From the NCBI GenBank assembly GCA_013265495.1, contig MU057981.1:268006-318805 (forward strand): a stretch of DNA of 50,800 nucleotides. The letters run 5' to 3'. Of the stretch, positions 1 through 12,298 are shown piece after piece; within the stretch, counting starts at the first letter, position 1, and every line of letters begins with the position of its first letter. The notes below the pieces were generated by a model. The model did no database searches and had not been told where the DNA came from. It saw only the letters and a program-made list of their open reading frames with translations. This DNA comes from Vicugna vicugna (lineage: Eukaryota). The position numbers were made by a program, and so were the translations under genes.

Positions 1-1220
1 AACTACCAAGCTCTGCTGCTGCACCAAGGCAGGAAGGCAGGGCGCGTGTGACCAGGTAGACTGGGCCTCGTTGATCGTACTCATTCCCCATTAAGCGACA
101 GCTGTCTCGGGCACTTATGTAGTAAACAGATGCTGGCCACAATCATCACACATTTTGCTTGGTAGTTTAATTGGCCCCACCTTTGAGATGAGGTCATTGA
201 AGCTGGGGAGTTTGTTGCATGCCCTTGGAAATACCCCCACTGGTCTTTCAACGTAGGCTGGTTTGGCTATCATGCCCCAGCCCTGTGAATGGCATTGTGT
301 AGCTTCTCCCAAGTGGCCCAAATGACTGACATTGATTTTCTTAATTCGTAGGAAATGGTATGTGACAATAGGAGAAAAATGTAGTAAGAAATTGTTTGGA
401 AAAATAGAAAAAAATCCAGTTCTTCCCCAGCTGGGGGAGCGTACCCTGTGTCACTCACCCCACTCACTGCCTGGCACCTCTTCCCTGCTGACTCCGTGTT
501 CAGAAGCCACTCTGAGCCTTATAAGAACATTTTACCTCATGACACTGTTGACTAGGACCTGCAAGCTCTCTGTCCCTGGTTAACTCTCTCTTCCAAGCCA
601 TTTAAATTTTATGCAGGCTTCTCTGCTCAGATGTAAGAATAGCCTCTTTAAACTTCTTGATGCAGCTCCTTAATGAAGATCTTGTGAAGGAAACCTAGCC
701 AAAACCTGGGAGGTATGCACATAGTGACTGCAACCCCGGCACTTTGTGAAGTTCAGAATCAGAGGGGTGGGAGATTTAGGAAAGGCTTTTTAAAGTAGCA
801 AGGGGAAAGTGAAAGGACGAATTCTGTGTGAGACTGAAACATCTCCGTCCCAGCCAGCAAGGCACCTGCGTTCAGGATGGTGTGTGGAGAGTGCAGAGTT
901 CTCACAAAGAAAGAAGTGGTGGGATGGGAGGGAGGACAGTTAGGTTCTTTACTGGGGAAGGAAAAATTGGGCTGAGCATTTCCTGGTTGAACAAGAGGAT
1001 TGTGACATTATGTGTTTGTATTTTGGAGAGAAGGGTTTTGTGAGGACAGGCCTAGGGACAACGCTCTCTGGCTGGGGAGTCAGCACAACAGGGAACCACA
1101 GAGAACCGGGCAGACCCCAGGGCCCCTGATGGGGGAGAGGCTGCCCGCCATTTCGAGCCCTGGGGGCTGCTTCTGTCCCTTAGCTAGGGCCTCAGAGCTC
1201 CCTTCATAACCCAGTCCTGT

Positions 1221-1840
1221 TGATACAAGTAAAAATATGTGGGGCATGAGAAGGGCTGTGTCCCAGGCTTTGGTTGAGCCCCTGGGATGTGCCCCGCCAG
1301 ATGTTGCTCCTTGGCTTCATGCAGGAGAGAATTCAAGAGCAAACCAGTGTTGAGTAAAGGTAGATTTATTCAGAGAGATACTTTGAAAGGCAAGAGAAAC
1401 GTCACGAGGTGTGGGGGTTTGATACACAGATTAAAAGGAGGTGCACAGTCCACAGAATCTGGGCCTTCTCCGAAGAGGGAGACAGGGGGTGACCGTGAGG
1501 CATCGCTGTGTTGCTGGTTTTCATGGGCTTGGTGGTTTCACATGCTAATAAGTAGAAGGACCAGCCTAAGGGCAAGGGGATGGAATTCCCAGGGAGTTGG
1601 CCATTTCCCACACTTTGACATTTTGTGGCTAGCCTTGGGACTGCCATGGTGCCTGGGGGCGTGTTATTCACCATGTTACTATTACAATGGGTGTATCCTG
1701 ATGCTCAAGATCTGCTAGAAGTTAAATATCTTCATCCTGAGCCTCAAGGCATATTGGGTGTTGAATGCTCCACCATTTTGATGTTAATTGCTGTGGCCTT
1801 CCTTGTATGGCTGTGCTCTGCCCCCTTCCATCCTGTCTCA
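1221..1840 (-). mobile_element. Solo LTR, ERV1 class (620 bp)
   Basis: Ends TGATAC...GTCTCA (TG...CA, 5/6 inverted match). Flanked by a perfect 4-bp duplication CTGT (1217-1220 and 1841-1844), typical of ERV1. TTTATT near 1365 reads AATAAA on the minus strand. Confidence 0.85.
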
Positions 1841-2041
1841 CTGTGATGACACAGAGAGAGCAAAGGCAGGGTTCTGCCTGTGCTCCTGCATTTAACAGGG
1901 AGAGGGGTGGGCTGGGCTGAGGATGACTCTGAGTGGTGACAAGGATGTTTCAGATTTTCGCACGTGGGACGTGGGGACCTGCCAGCAGCCAGCGCAGATT
2001 TATCTCACGGGCATTATCGCTTGTGTCATTCATCTTTTTCT

Positions 2042-2249
2042 ATTTTTCTTTTTTTTTGTTTAACTATTTAATCTAAATTTAATATCAGGTTTTTTAGGAA
2101 AGAAATGTCTTTTTTTCTTTTCTTTGGGGCTCTTTTGGGGGGTAGGTAATTAGGTGTATTTATCTGTTAGTGGAGGCCCTGGGGCTTGACCCCAGGACCC
2201 TGTGCATGCTAAGCACACGCTCTACCACTGAGCTCTACCACCCGCCCCG
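2042..2249 (-). mobile_element. tRNA-derived SINE, camelid Vic-1 type, with 3' extension and poly-A
   Basis: Minus strand reads GGGGCGGGTGGTAGAGCTCAGTGGTAGAGCGTGTGCTTAGCATGCACAGGGTCCTGGGGTCAAGCCCCAG...CCTAATTACC, with A/B-box-like tRNA head. TSD TCATCTTTTTCT at 2030-2041 and 2250-2261. Confidence 0.85.
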
Positions 2250-2604
2250 TCATCTTTTTCTTTTTGCTTTATCTGCCAAGAATCTTACAGCTGAATTTCT
2301 AATTAGACTTTAACACTTACCCTGATTATTACCCTGATTCCGTTTTTATGACTTTACCTCCCCCTGGTTTCATGTAAGTATTGAATCTCCATTTTCTCTT
2401 CACTCTCACTTTTGTCTTTTTGTTGTTACTGTTGTTAAGCTGTGTTTAAAAAAAATTGTTTAATTTCTATTTTAGCAGGAGGCTGAAAGTAAATAAATAT
2501 GTAAACAAACTTATTACACTTAAATGCATTCATACATTCTAAGCTGTTTAGTAGTTCCTAAAAACCGAATTGAATACTAAAGTGATAACATTTTTAAATT
2601 ATTT

Positions 2605-2762
2605 TTTTATTTTTATAAAGGTATAGGTGATTTACAATATGATTTAAGTTTCAGGTGTACAATAGATGCTCCATTTATAGTTACTGTAAAACATTGACTA
2701 TATTCCCTGTGTTGTAAGATACATCCCTGTAGCGTGTTTACGTTACATGTAGAAGTTTGTAT
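2605..2762 (-). mobile_element. Short L1 3'-end fragment (cetartiodactyl type)
   Basis: T-tract followed by GATTTACAATAT...AGTTTCAGGTGTACA...TATATTCCCTGTGTTGTA, the reverse complement of an L1 3' UTR terminus. Confidence 0.6.
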
Positions 2763-3224
2763 AAGAAAGTTGGGTATCGCAGAATTTGGGGCATGGCTGT
2801 GTCTGACCAAGGTTCTCTGTTCCGCTGCCTGTCAGAACCCAGGCCCTCACTCCTGTCTGCAGGGGAGTGAGTGGAGGCAGCTCTCATCAGCACTGGCACC
2901 ACCCTCTGAGTATCAGTGACAGCAGTGACTGTGGACATGCAAAGTGTTGTTCCAGGAACTTTACATGTATTTCTTCATTTATTATTTGAAGCCCTCCTGT
3001 GAGGAATCGTTTTATGTTTTTAATGAATAGTACACTTTATTTTTATTTTGATAGACTTCAAACTTCCAGAAAATTTACAGGAGTAGTACAATGAACATAT
3101 AGATACACTTCACCTAAAAGGGCAGTATTTGTCCTTTTGTGTCTGGCTTAGTTTAGCATACTTTTTCAAGGTTCATCCATGTAGCCTGAAACATTAATTT
3201 ATTCTTTTGGTTTAATAATATCTT

Positions 3225-4690
3225 TTTTCATTTTTTTTTGTTTTTGGTCTATTTAAAAATAATTTCATTGAAGTCTAGTCAGTTTATAATGTTGCATCAG
3301 TTTCTTGTTTACAGCACAACTCTTCAGTTATATAGGAAAATTCATGTATTCATTTTCATATTCTTTCTCAACATAAGTTACTATAAGATATTAAATATAT
3401 TTCCCTGTGCTATACAGTATAAACTTGCTGTTTATTCTATACATAGTCAGTATCTGCAAATCTTGAACTCCCAATTTACCCCTTCCCACACCCTCAGCCC
3501 TCTGGTAACAATAGTTTGCATTCTATGTCTCTGTGCCTGTTTCTGTTCTGTAGACAAGTTTGTCTTTTTTGTTTTGTTTTGTTTTCTTTCTTTTAGATTC
3601 CACATATGAGCGATCTCATATGGTATTTTTCTTTCCCTTTCTGACTTACTTCACTTAGACTGACATTCTCCAGGTCTTTTCATGTTGCTGCAAATGGCAT
3701 TCTTTTATTATTTTTTTATGGCTGAGTAGTAGTCTATGGTATATATATACTACAACCTCTTTATCCAGTCATCTGTCAATGGACATTTAGGTTATTTCCA
3801 TGCCTTGGCTATTGCAAATAGTGCTGCTGTGAAAATTGGGGTGCAGGTGTCTTTTTGAATTAGGATTCCTTCTGAATATATGCCCAGGAGTGGGATTGCT
3901 GTGTCATATGGGAAGTCAATTTTTTGTCTTTTGGGGAATCTCCATACTGTTTTCCACAATGGCTCACCAAACTGCATTCCCAGCACAGTGTAGAGAGTTC
4001 CATATTCTCCACAGCCTTTCCAGCACTTATTGTTTGTGAACTTCTGAATGATGGCTATTCTGACTGGTGTGAGGTGATACTTGATTGTAGTTTTGATTTG
4101 CATTTCTCTGATAATGTTATTGAGCATTTTTTCATGTGCCTATTTGCCATTTGTATGTTTTGATTGGAGAAATGTTTGTTTAGGTCTTCTGCCTATTTTT
4201 GGATTGAATTGTTTTTTTTTTCTTTTTTATCAAGTGTAAAAGCTGTTTATATATTCTGGGAATTAAGCCGTTGTCAGTCTGATTCATTGCAAATATTTTC
4301 TCCCATTCCATAGCTTGTCTTTTTGTTTTGCTTATTGTTTTCTTTGCTGTGCAAAAGCTTGTAAGTTTAATTAGATCCCACTTGTATATTTTTTCTTGTA
4401 TTACTATTGCTTGAGTAGACTGCTCTAGGAGAACATTGCTGAGATATATGTCAGATGTTTTGCCTACGTTTTCTTCTAAGAGGTTTATAGTGTCTTGTTT
4501 ACATATTTAAGTCTTTAAGGCATTTTGAGTTTATTTTTGTGTATGCTGTGAGGGAGTAGTCTAACTTCATTGATTTACATTCAGCTGTCCAGTTTTCCCT
4601 ACACCATTGCTGAAGAGGCTGTCTTTACTCCATTGTATTTTCTCAGCTCCTTTGTCAAAGATTCAATGACCAAACGTTTGTGTGACTATT
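3225..4690 (-). mobile_element. 5'-truncated lineage-specific L1 (ORF2 C-terminus, 3' UTR, poly-A)
   Basis: ORF 3792-4127 ([25 protein letters not shown]...CWKGCGE...[12 protein letters not shown]) matches the ORF2 Cys-rich end of the L1 at 47605-48168. Poly-T at ~3223-3245. Confidence 0.92.
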
Positions 4691-4821
4691 CTTGATAATT
4701 TTCCTTATCCACTCATTGATGGATGGATATTGTTTGTAACTTTTGGCTACTCTGAATGATACTGCTATGAATATTGATGTGTAAGTTTTTGTGAGAATAT
4801 GTTTTCATTCTGTTGGCTGTA

Positions 4822-4963
4822 CAGTTGGCCTGCCATATTTGTAGTTTCCATTTCATGGATCCAGATGGCTGATTGTAAAGGGACTCGAACATCCTTGGAT
4901 TATGGAATCCAGGGTGGTGGGTTCCTGAAACCAACCCCCCGAGGACACTAAGGGATGACACTC
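4822..4963 (+). mobile_element. MER2-type Tigger MITE, internally deleted
   Basis: TA|CAGTTGGCCTGCCATATTTG...GGGACTCGAACATCCTTGGATTATGGAATCC...CCTGAAACCAACCCCCCGAGGACACTAAGGGATGAC...|TA matches recalled MER2 termini with TA target sites. Confidence 0.7.
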
Positions 4964-5381
4964 TATGTAGGAGGAGAATTGCTTAGCCATATGATAACTC
5001 TAGCCTTTTGAGGAAACACCAGACTTTTCCAAAGAAGCTGCACCATTGCCCCTTTCCACTGGCTGCATATGAGGGTTCCCATTTCTCTGCCTCCTGACAG
5101 ACACTTGTTATTGTCCATGTTTGATTATAACCATCATAGTGGGTGTAAAATGAGATCTCATCTTGATTTTGATTTGGCTAGTGATGCTGAGCATCTTTTC
5201 ATATGCTTATTGGCCAATTCTGTATCTATTTAATTCCTTGGCAAATTTAAAAATTGGGTCGATTTTCTTTGTATTGTTCAGTTGTAAGCATTTGTTTTAA
5301 ATCCTGGATACTAGTCTGTTATTAGATATATGCTTTGCAAATTTTTTCTCCTATTCTGCAGATTGTCATTTCACATTACTT

Positions 5382-5530
5382 TTTTTAAACATTAAAACAA
5401 TTTCTTTATAGGAGAGGTAATTAGATTTATTCTTTTTTTTTTTTTTTTTCAAAGAACCCACTCTAATTTATTTTTTTTTTTTTTTTTTTTGCCAAGGACG
5501 CACTCTATCACTTGAGCTACCCACTTCCCC
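5382..5530 (-). mobile_element. Vic-1-type SINE with its central part replaced by A-tracts
   Basis: Minus-strand head GGGGAAGTGGGTAGCTCAAGTGATAGAGTGCG and tail AATAAATCTAATTACCTCTCC. Imperfect TSD TCATTTCAC-TT-CTT at 5366-5381 and 5533-5547. Confidence 0.7.
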
Positions 5531-7399
5531 TTTCATTTCACTTTCTTAATGATGTCCTTTGTAACAAATGGTTTTAATTTTCATGAAGTCCAGTTTATCT
5601 GTTTTTTTTTTTGTATCACTTCTGCTGTTGGTATTATATCTAGGAAACCATAGCCTAACCTAGGACCACAAAGATTTATACTATGTCTTCTTTTAGAAAG
5701 TTTATAGGTTTAGTTTTTACGTTTCTGTCTGCGATCCATTTTGAATTAATTTTTATTTTTTATACACAATAGGGGGTTCCAGATTCCAGATTCATTCTTT
5801 TGCCTGCAGATACCCAGGTGTCCCTGCACCATTCGTTGAATAGACTATTCTTTCAATAGAGTGTTGTTGGCACCCTTGTGGAAAACTGACTGTAAATGTA
5901 AGTATCCCCCCCTGGATTTTTTATTGTGTCTCATAGATTTATGTATCCAAACTTATGCCAGAACAATAATGACTTGAGTACTATAGATTTGTAGTAAACT
6001 TTAAAGTGAGTGTTTCAACTTTTCTCTTCTTTTTCAAGATTGTTTAGGGTGACCTGGATCCCTTGCACTTCCATATGAATTTTGGGATCAGTTTTTCAAT
6101 TTTTGCAAAGAAGTCAGCTGGAATTTTGATAGGGATTCCATTGAATTTGTAGATCACTTTGGGGAGTCTTAACATTTTTAACAATATTGTCTACCATTCC
6201 ATGAACATGTGATGTCTTCCATATATGTAGATCTTTTAAAATTTTTTTCAGTGATACTTCAAAATTTTCAATGTACAAATCTTGTGAATTTTTGTTATAT
6301 GTATCTCCCATTTTATTTTTAATGCTGTTGTAAATTGAAATACTGAGGTTCTTAAGGATGGGACTAAATATCAATTTGTTTATTTCTAGGATTCCTACAC
6401 AGCAAATACACTAGGTATATATTTACTACATAAATGTATCCACAACTATTCCCTCCCCTGTGTTATAAGAAACCAACAACCATGTTAAGCAACCTGAACG
6501 CCTATGTGGAAGTGAGAAATGAGACCCTTGGATGGGGCTTTGTGCAGATAATACTGAGAGCTTATTCAGGATGGCTTCATCTTAATTTCTTTTAAACAAT
6601 CCTTTCAGTGTATATAGTCAGATACATTAAGAAAATGCCCTTTTGATGTGCAGAGGAGCTAAGACTATCATTTTCAAATAATTCCTAGTGAGAATGTTGT
6701 ACTTGAAACCTAATTTGCATCAATCTTTGAAGATTTATGTTTCAGGAGCTTTGACTAAAGAACATCTGTCTTTATTCAGTAACTACAAATAAATGCTCCA
6801 ACAACATGTAAGAGTTTGAGCAAACTGCCCCCTCCCCATAGTGCTGGTTGGCTGCAGCTGTAACTGGAGTCAGCACTTACCTCTCCCAGTACGCTTGTGC
6901 TGATCTGCTCAAAGGGTTTCGTTCAACAGTTTGTCTGTAGTCTGTTGGACAAAGCCATAAAACATTGATTTATGTTTGCTGGAATGGAGTATATTCTTAT
7001 TAATATTAAGTAAGCACATATTGAGTGCTTACTGTATGTCGGGAATTGTCACTCAGACTCACATGAACATTATTTCTCTTAAAACCACATATTTCCTTGT
7101 TATTTTCACTTCACAGATAAGGAGACTGAGGAATATGTCTTCTGTCTTTTGGGGGAAGCTCATTATCAATGACTGGAAGTTGTAAGGAAAAAGATATTGA
7201 CTCATCCTGAGAAAACATTTTTCTGAGAGTCAGTACAGAAGAGGGTGACCACTGAAGGGGGTGATCATTGTTTGAGTGAGATGAGCCCCAGGTTGCATGG
7301 AGTCAGCATCCTTGTCATGGAATCGGCACGTGTAGTGCTGCGTGGTGGGTGAGGTGGCGCGGCCATGCAGGGAACGCGGATGCCGGGCCGTTGGGCTGT

Positions 7400-8105
7400 G
7401 CTCAGGCCCGGTGGGGCTTTCTCTGAAGGGCAGTGGACCGTCATTCACAGATTTTAAGTAGGGGAGTGGGGTGCTCTCGTAGATCACTTTTGTGCTAGTA
7501 GAATGCTTGCAAACATTTAGAAGGCTTGGCAGGAGGTGATGTGATCTGCGAGGTGTAGCAGTGTTCAATTTTCAAGATGTTTTCAGTCCCAGGTTTGTGG
7601 CTCAGTAGCAGTGTCACTTTGGACGATGCACTCAAGGAAGTGAAACAATTTATCTAATCAATTGAAGCAGTGATGTACCGACTTCCCAGGACTGCTGTGG
7701 AGATCCAGTGAGATAACTTGTGCACAGTGTGCAGCATGGCCCCCAGCACAGAGTCAGTGCTGAGTGAGTGCCAGTGAGTTCCTGGTAGGACAGGTGTGGG
7801 TGGTGGGACTCGATGACTGAGGAAATCTGAGCCCTGAAGGAGGGGTCCAGGCCCATCTGTGAGTGATGGGCCCGAGCTGGGAGAGGAAGGGAGACCTTCC
7901 CCCTGACCAGGGGCCCTGGGCAGGATGGCTATGGGAGGAGCACCGTGAAGTCAGCTCTGTGCAGGTAGAGTTGGAGGTGCCCTTGAGATATCTAATGCAG
8001 TGCCACGAGCTCACAGAGGAGGTCTGGGCCCGGGCTGTGCATTTTCCTATAATCTCAATCCCTGAGGACGCCGAGATATTGGTCACTGAACGTGAAGACA
8101 TAGTA
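7400..8105 (-). mobile_element. Decayed L2 fragments
   Basis: CAGATTTTAAGTAGGGGAGTG and GTCAGCTCTGTGCAGGTAGAGTTGGAGGTGCCCTTGAGATATCTAA...GAGGAGGTCTGGGC resemble antisense L2. Confidence 0.5.
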
Positions 8106-11100
8106 TACAGGACAGGTGAATAGTAGTATCAGCTCTATCATCAAAGCTCACATCTCTTTATTCATCACTCACTTTGCTAATTGGGTACTTACAGAGCTCA
8201 CTTCAACGCCCTCCCCTGGGCTCGGACCCCACAGTAAAGAGCTGGTGAATCTCCCTCTTTTCCAGAAGAAGACACATTTGGCTGGTAGCCTTCTGTACCT
8301 CGCCAGACTTAGAATTTTAATTTGTTGTTTTAATTCTATCTTCTGTTGGCCATCTCCTGACAAGAGAGTAGTTTTACTTCATGGTCATGTTTCAATTAGC
8401 TGTTGCTGAGAACTGCTGATCTGATCCATAGTGTATGTATTTTATTAAATTTGTAGAGTACTTATCATTTTTCTGTCTTTGCCCTTTAATTTTGTTTGCC
8501 CCTTCAATATTCTATCCTATTAGGGGCCTTATATTTTTTAATTAAAAAATGTCTGTTAGCAGTTAAGAAAACTAAAGCAAAGAAAAAATGCACATGATAT
8601 CTAAATTTAGAAAATATCTAGTGTGTTTTATGTCTCTGCAATGGAGGATTCTATAAACTCGTGAAAACCTTCATTACACATTTTCCTTAAAATGCTGATT
8701 AAGAAATAAAACCTTCCTTCCTCATCTTTCATGCTGCACAGCTAATTGTCAAGAAAGTGAGGGGAAATCCTCAGAAGCCAAGACCAACCAGAAAGCAGGG
8801 ATTCTCAGAGATACACGAGCCTTAGAAGCTCTGGGGTGCCGGGTGGCCCTTGAACTGAGTTTTAGTTGCCCTGACAGGAGGGCAGGTGGTGAGCCCCAGG
8901 CCTCTCACACTGGGAGTTGGATGGCTGTTCCTATGTAAGGCCAAGCACATCCTGAGACACCTGCTTTACTAAAGGGTGAATTAGAAAGAAAGAAAAAAAC
9001 TTTCCTCAAGGCAAGAAAGTAAGGAAAGTCAATTTTTTTGGAAGAGGGGGAAAATAACAAATCCAAAGTATGGATTTAGTTTAAAGCTGGTCTGGCATGA
9101 GAGTGACCACAGACTCCTGGCAGAAAATCACAGCTTCTCCAGGAATGAGAAGTTGTGTTTTGAATGAATCAGTGAACAGCCATTCCAAAAAAGGCCTCCA
9201 GAGTCTTCTGGATCAAGATACTAGACCCAAACACCTCTCTTCCAAGGTCTCATTTAAATAACCAGAAAGGTTTTAAAGGAAAGAAGCCATAATCATATTT
9301 CTATTTATTGACATTACTATATGCTAGGAATTCAGAGGTGACTATGGAGTTGTCTCCTCTTTTATGGACCTTACTTTCTTTTTGTCATATTTGGGGAGCT
9401 GGGTGGAGAGAGGTGTTAGTCTGTTGCAATTAGCCAGGAGAGGAGATTAAGAAAGCAGTGAAGGGTGGGTGACATTTTTAGCTGAGGACAGTCCTGTTCA
9501 GTTGGCTTTTAATTGCAGGCTCGATGAGTTGTCACTGGAGGGAATTGATCTTACGGAGGATGGACTTAACTCAGGCCTCTTCAGAATGGACAAGTGAACC
9601 TGGAGAAAGACAGTCAAATCTGTGCAGATATTAAAGTCCACGTGAACGTGCTGTATCCCTGAGCCAAAGATAGGACAAGTAGGCAGCACTTCTTGAGGAC
9701 AGAGGAGTGGTTTTTTAGGTTCTCCAAGAATGAATCCCAGGGAACCGGAATGGCCAGTTTTCAAACTGTGACTTTGCTTTTTGGTCGGTGTACCCACCAA
9801 GGGTATTGGCCGTTTATAGGTTTTCATTTCTCTTTAATACATGTCAGGTGATGATGACGTAGGCACAAGCGTTTGACACCTTGTCGAGGTGACTTTGTGT
9901 ACCTGCCTAGAAGCGCGGGCACAGCTGCGGCTGCATCATACAACTTGCCGCCCATCTCGTTCCCCGGCTCTGTGATCATGGCAGAGTGGCTCCTTGAAGA
10001 CCTGTCCATCTCCTCTGTGACATTGTAACCCAACAAAAGACTGGAGTGTATTAGCTTGGCTTTGTTTTTTTCCATCCTTCTCTTCGAATGTTGATGACTG
10101 ACAGTGGACCCAGTTACGTTAGCAGATGTTTTACAAGTAGGGCTCTAAGTACAAACTTTGTAATCTCCGCTTTGTGATCTAGAGAGGAAAGTTACATTTT
10201 TTCCAAATAGTTTTGATGCACATATGTGGGAAATTGTAAGTTTGAATATGTATTTCCTCTCTGAATCATCATGGCTAGAGATCAATGTGGGTAGACATGG
10301 AATGAGTTTTCTGTATTTGAACTGTATGGTCCCCTAAATTCTCCCCAGCTGTTTAAAGTCGTCACTGGAGTGCTACCTCCAGAGTGTCCCAAAGCATCCA
10401 CCACTGCCTGTTCTTCAGACACTGTGAGTTTCCAACTTGGAGAAGGCTGCTGGCTGGTGAGGCATTCTCTGGCACATCTCTGGCTGGCTGATGTGGGCTT
10501 AGCACCCAAGACTTGGCAGAGAGTAACTAACCACGATCACGTCCATTTCTGGAACACTCATAGAGGATTTTAGACCTATGCTAGTGGCATACATTATTTC
10601 ATTTAATTTTCCCAACAATCATAATTAGATTTTATCACCTGTATTAATAAGGAAACTGTCAAAATGAGTGACGTGCAGACTTCGGACTGGAACATGGGTC
10701 TTTCTGATCCCTGTCTCTGTTCCCTCTGCGGCCTATCCTTCCAGATGGCCAGGAGACTTCCTCTGTCTTGAGTTTCCCGCTGATGTTACCACTCTCTTTG
10801 TTTCTAGGAGAGGAAAACAAGTCTAAACTTCCTTTCCAGTTGGAAATGGAATGGAGAGTTAACGTTGGAAGCTGGGAGAGTCTGTCCTGTTATGAAGTGT
10901 TCTCCGAGCTACTTCCGCTGGGACGTCACATCACTGTCTGGGCCCCTTGCTCAGCCTGTGCACAGGTGACAGCGCAGATGTGCCGAGCAGTCCTCTCGGA
11001 CAGGGCAGTGGGTTGGAAATGAGTTTGGGGATTTGGTTTCATTTCATAGGTTCCTGAGTGTCTTGGCCTGGCATTTCAAGTGGGAGCATTCCCTGTCCCT

Positions 11101-11159
11101 CAGACTTATGCTCTGGGCCCGTGCAGACATGACGTGGCCTCAGCCTGAGGCTCAGGGTC

Positions 11160-11365
11160 CGTGGTGAAGTGGAGCATTTTAGTCCAGGTTCTACTGGAGG
11201 CTCTGACACTACTGGGTCGTGGGACTTTGTCCGGGATGATAATAATTCCTCCCCGAGTTTCAGATTTCCTTGCCTGTGAGACGGGGTAGTAATAGTTTCT
11301 GAGATGATTGTAATGATTCAGTAAGGGGTGTAGCGTGTGCTGGCAGGTAGCTGGTGCTTAAGGAG
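11160..11365 (+). mobile_element. MIR SINE remnant
   Basis: CCGAGTTTCAGATTTCCTTGCCTGTGAGACGGGGTAGTAATAGT resembles the MIR core (CTCAGTTTCCTCATCTGTAAAATGGGGATAATA). Confidence 0.55.
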
Positions 11366-11792
11366 CAGAAGTCGCAGTCACTCTGTCAGCCTCTCACTGT
11401 GTGCTCTGTGCTTTGAGAATTTGTGTGTTTGGTGAAAGTCCCGTCCAAATCCTAGGGTCTAGATGAACTGTTGTTCCTTTACTTTCCCTTCCTTTTCCTC
11501 TTTCCCTTTTCTGTGTCTCATGTGTGGTTAGCAGATTCCTCTGTTTCAGGGAATACAGGCCTTCCTAGTAAAAGGACAGGCAGAACGCGGAGAGGTGGGG
11601 CGCAAAGTGGGTCTGGAGCACCTGCACAGCGCTGCTTCCCTGCGTTTCTGCATCCGATCCCTTCAGTGCACGAAGTCAGCCTTCCTCTTCCTTCCTGTGT
11701 CATCAGGTCTCTATTTTATGGGAAAACCTTTATTACATGTTTTTTTTCACTTACATGTTCAGATGCGTGTTGCTTTTCTCCCTGTGCTTTAG

Positions 11793-12006
11793 CGTTCCGA
11801 GGAGAGAATTCAGCAGTGCAGCATCCTCTCCAAGCTCTATGAGTTGATCGGCTTCCACTGCAAGTCCGCCTCCTTCAAGCGGGTAGCCCCCGTGCAGCGC
11901 GTGGCCCCCGGCATCCCAGAGCCTGGTGGGAAGGCCTGTTCCCGACTCCTTCTGCAGATGCTTCCTGGCTACAGTCTGTCACTGGACCTGCAGGACTTCA
12001 GCAAAG
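11793..12006 (+). pseudogene. TRAPPC9: Diverged single exon of a TRAPPC9 (NIBP/Trs120) copy, probably an unprocessed pseudogene fragment
   Basis: Acceptor TGCTTTTCTCCCTGTGCTTTAG| and donor AAAG|GTGTTG. The 214-nt phase 0-1 exon translates without stops as [71 protein letters not shown](G). It is collinear with the recalled human segment [73 protein letters not shown]. Confidence 0.88.
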
Positions 12007-12101
12007 GTGTTGGAACTAAAACATTTCTTCGGCCCTATTAACCATGCCTGGTTTGTGCCCTGCTTTCCTGTCTCATAAGGGTGAATTTTGATTCGAGTAG
12101 A

Positions 12102-12298
12102 ACAGGGCTGAGCAGTATTTTTTCTGTCAAGGGCCTGGAAGTAAATATTTCAGGGTCTGCAAACCTCCTGTTCTCTGGTGCAGCTGCACAGCTCTGCTGT
12201 TCAGACGCCAGAGCAGCCGGACAGTCCACACACCCACAGAGCTTTATTAACAGTGGTGGCTGGGGCTGGATTGGGTGTATGAACTGCAGTTTGTCCCC
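12102..12298 (+). mobile_element. MER58A-type hAT-Charlie MITE
   Basis: CAGGGCTGAGCAGTATTTTTTCTGTCAAGGGCCTGGAAGTAAATATTTCAGG...GCTTTATT...GCTGGATTGG...GCAGTTTG follows the recalled MER58A consensus. Confidence 0.7.

Larger units (their letters stand above)
3035..6350 (-). mobile_element. Old L1M 3' portion interrupted by a younger L1, MER2 and a SINE
   Basis: TCAAGGTTCATCCATGTAGC (~3167) resumes at ~4695 with TTATCCACTCATTGATGG. Decayed ORF2 C-terminal sequence continues to ~6350 (CCATATGAATTTTGGGATCAG, GGAATTTTGATAGGGATT). Confidence 0.75.

Noticed and set aside
1287..1846. Overlapping ORFs of 143, 90 and 73 aa
   Set aside because: They lie within or barely beyond a solo LTR and show no gag, pol or env motifs.
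2175..2248. tRNA gene
   Set aside because: The tRNA-like head is followed by a SINE body, poly-A and a TSD, so it is a SINE.
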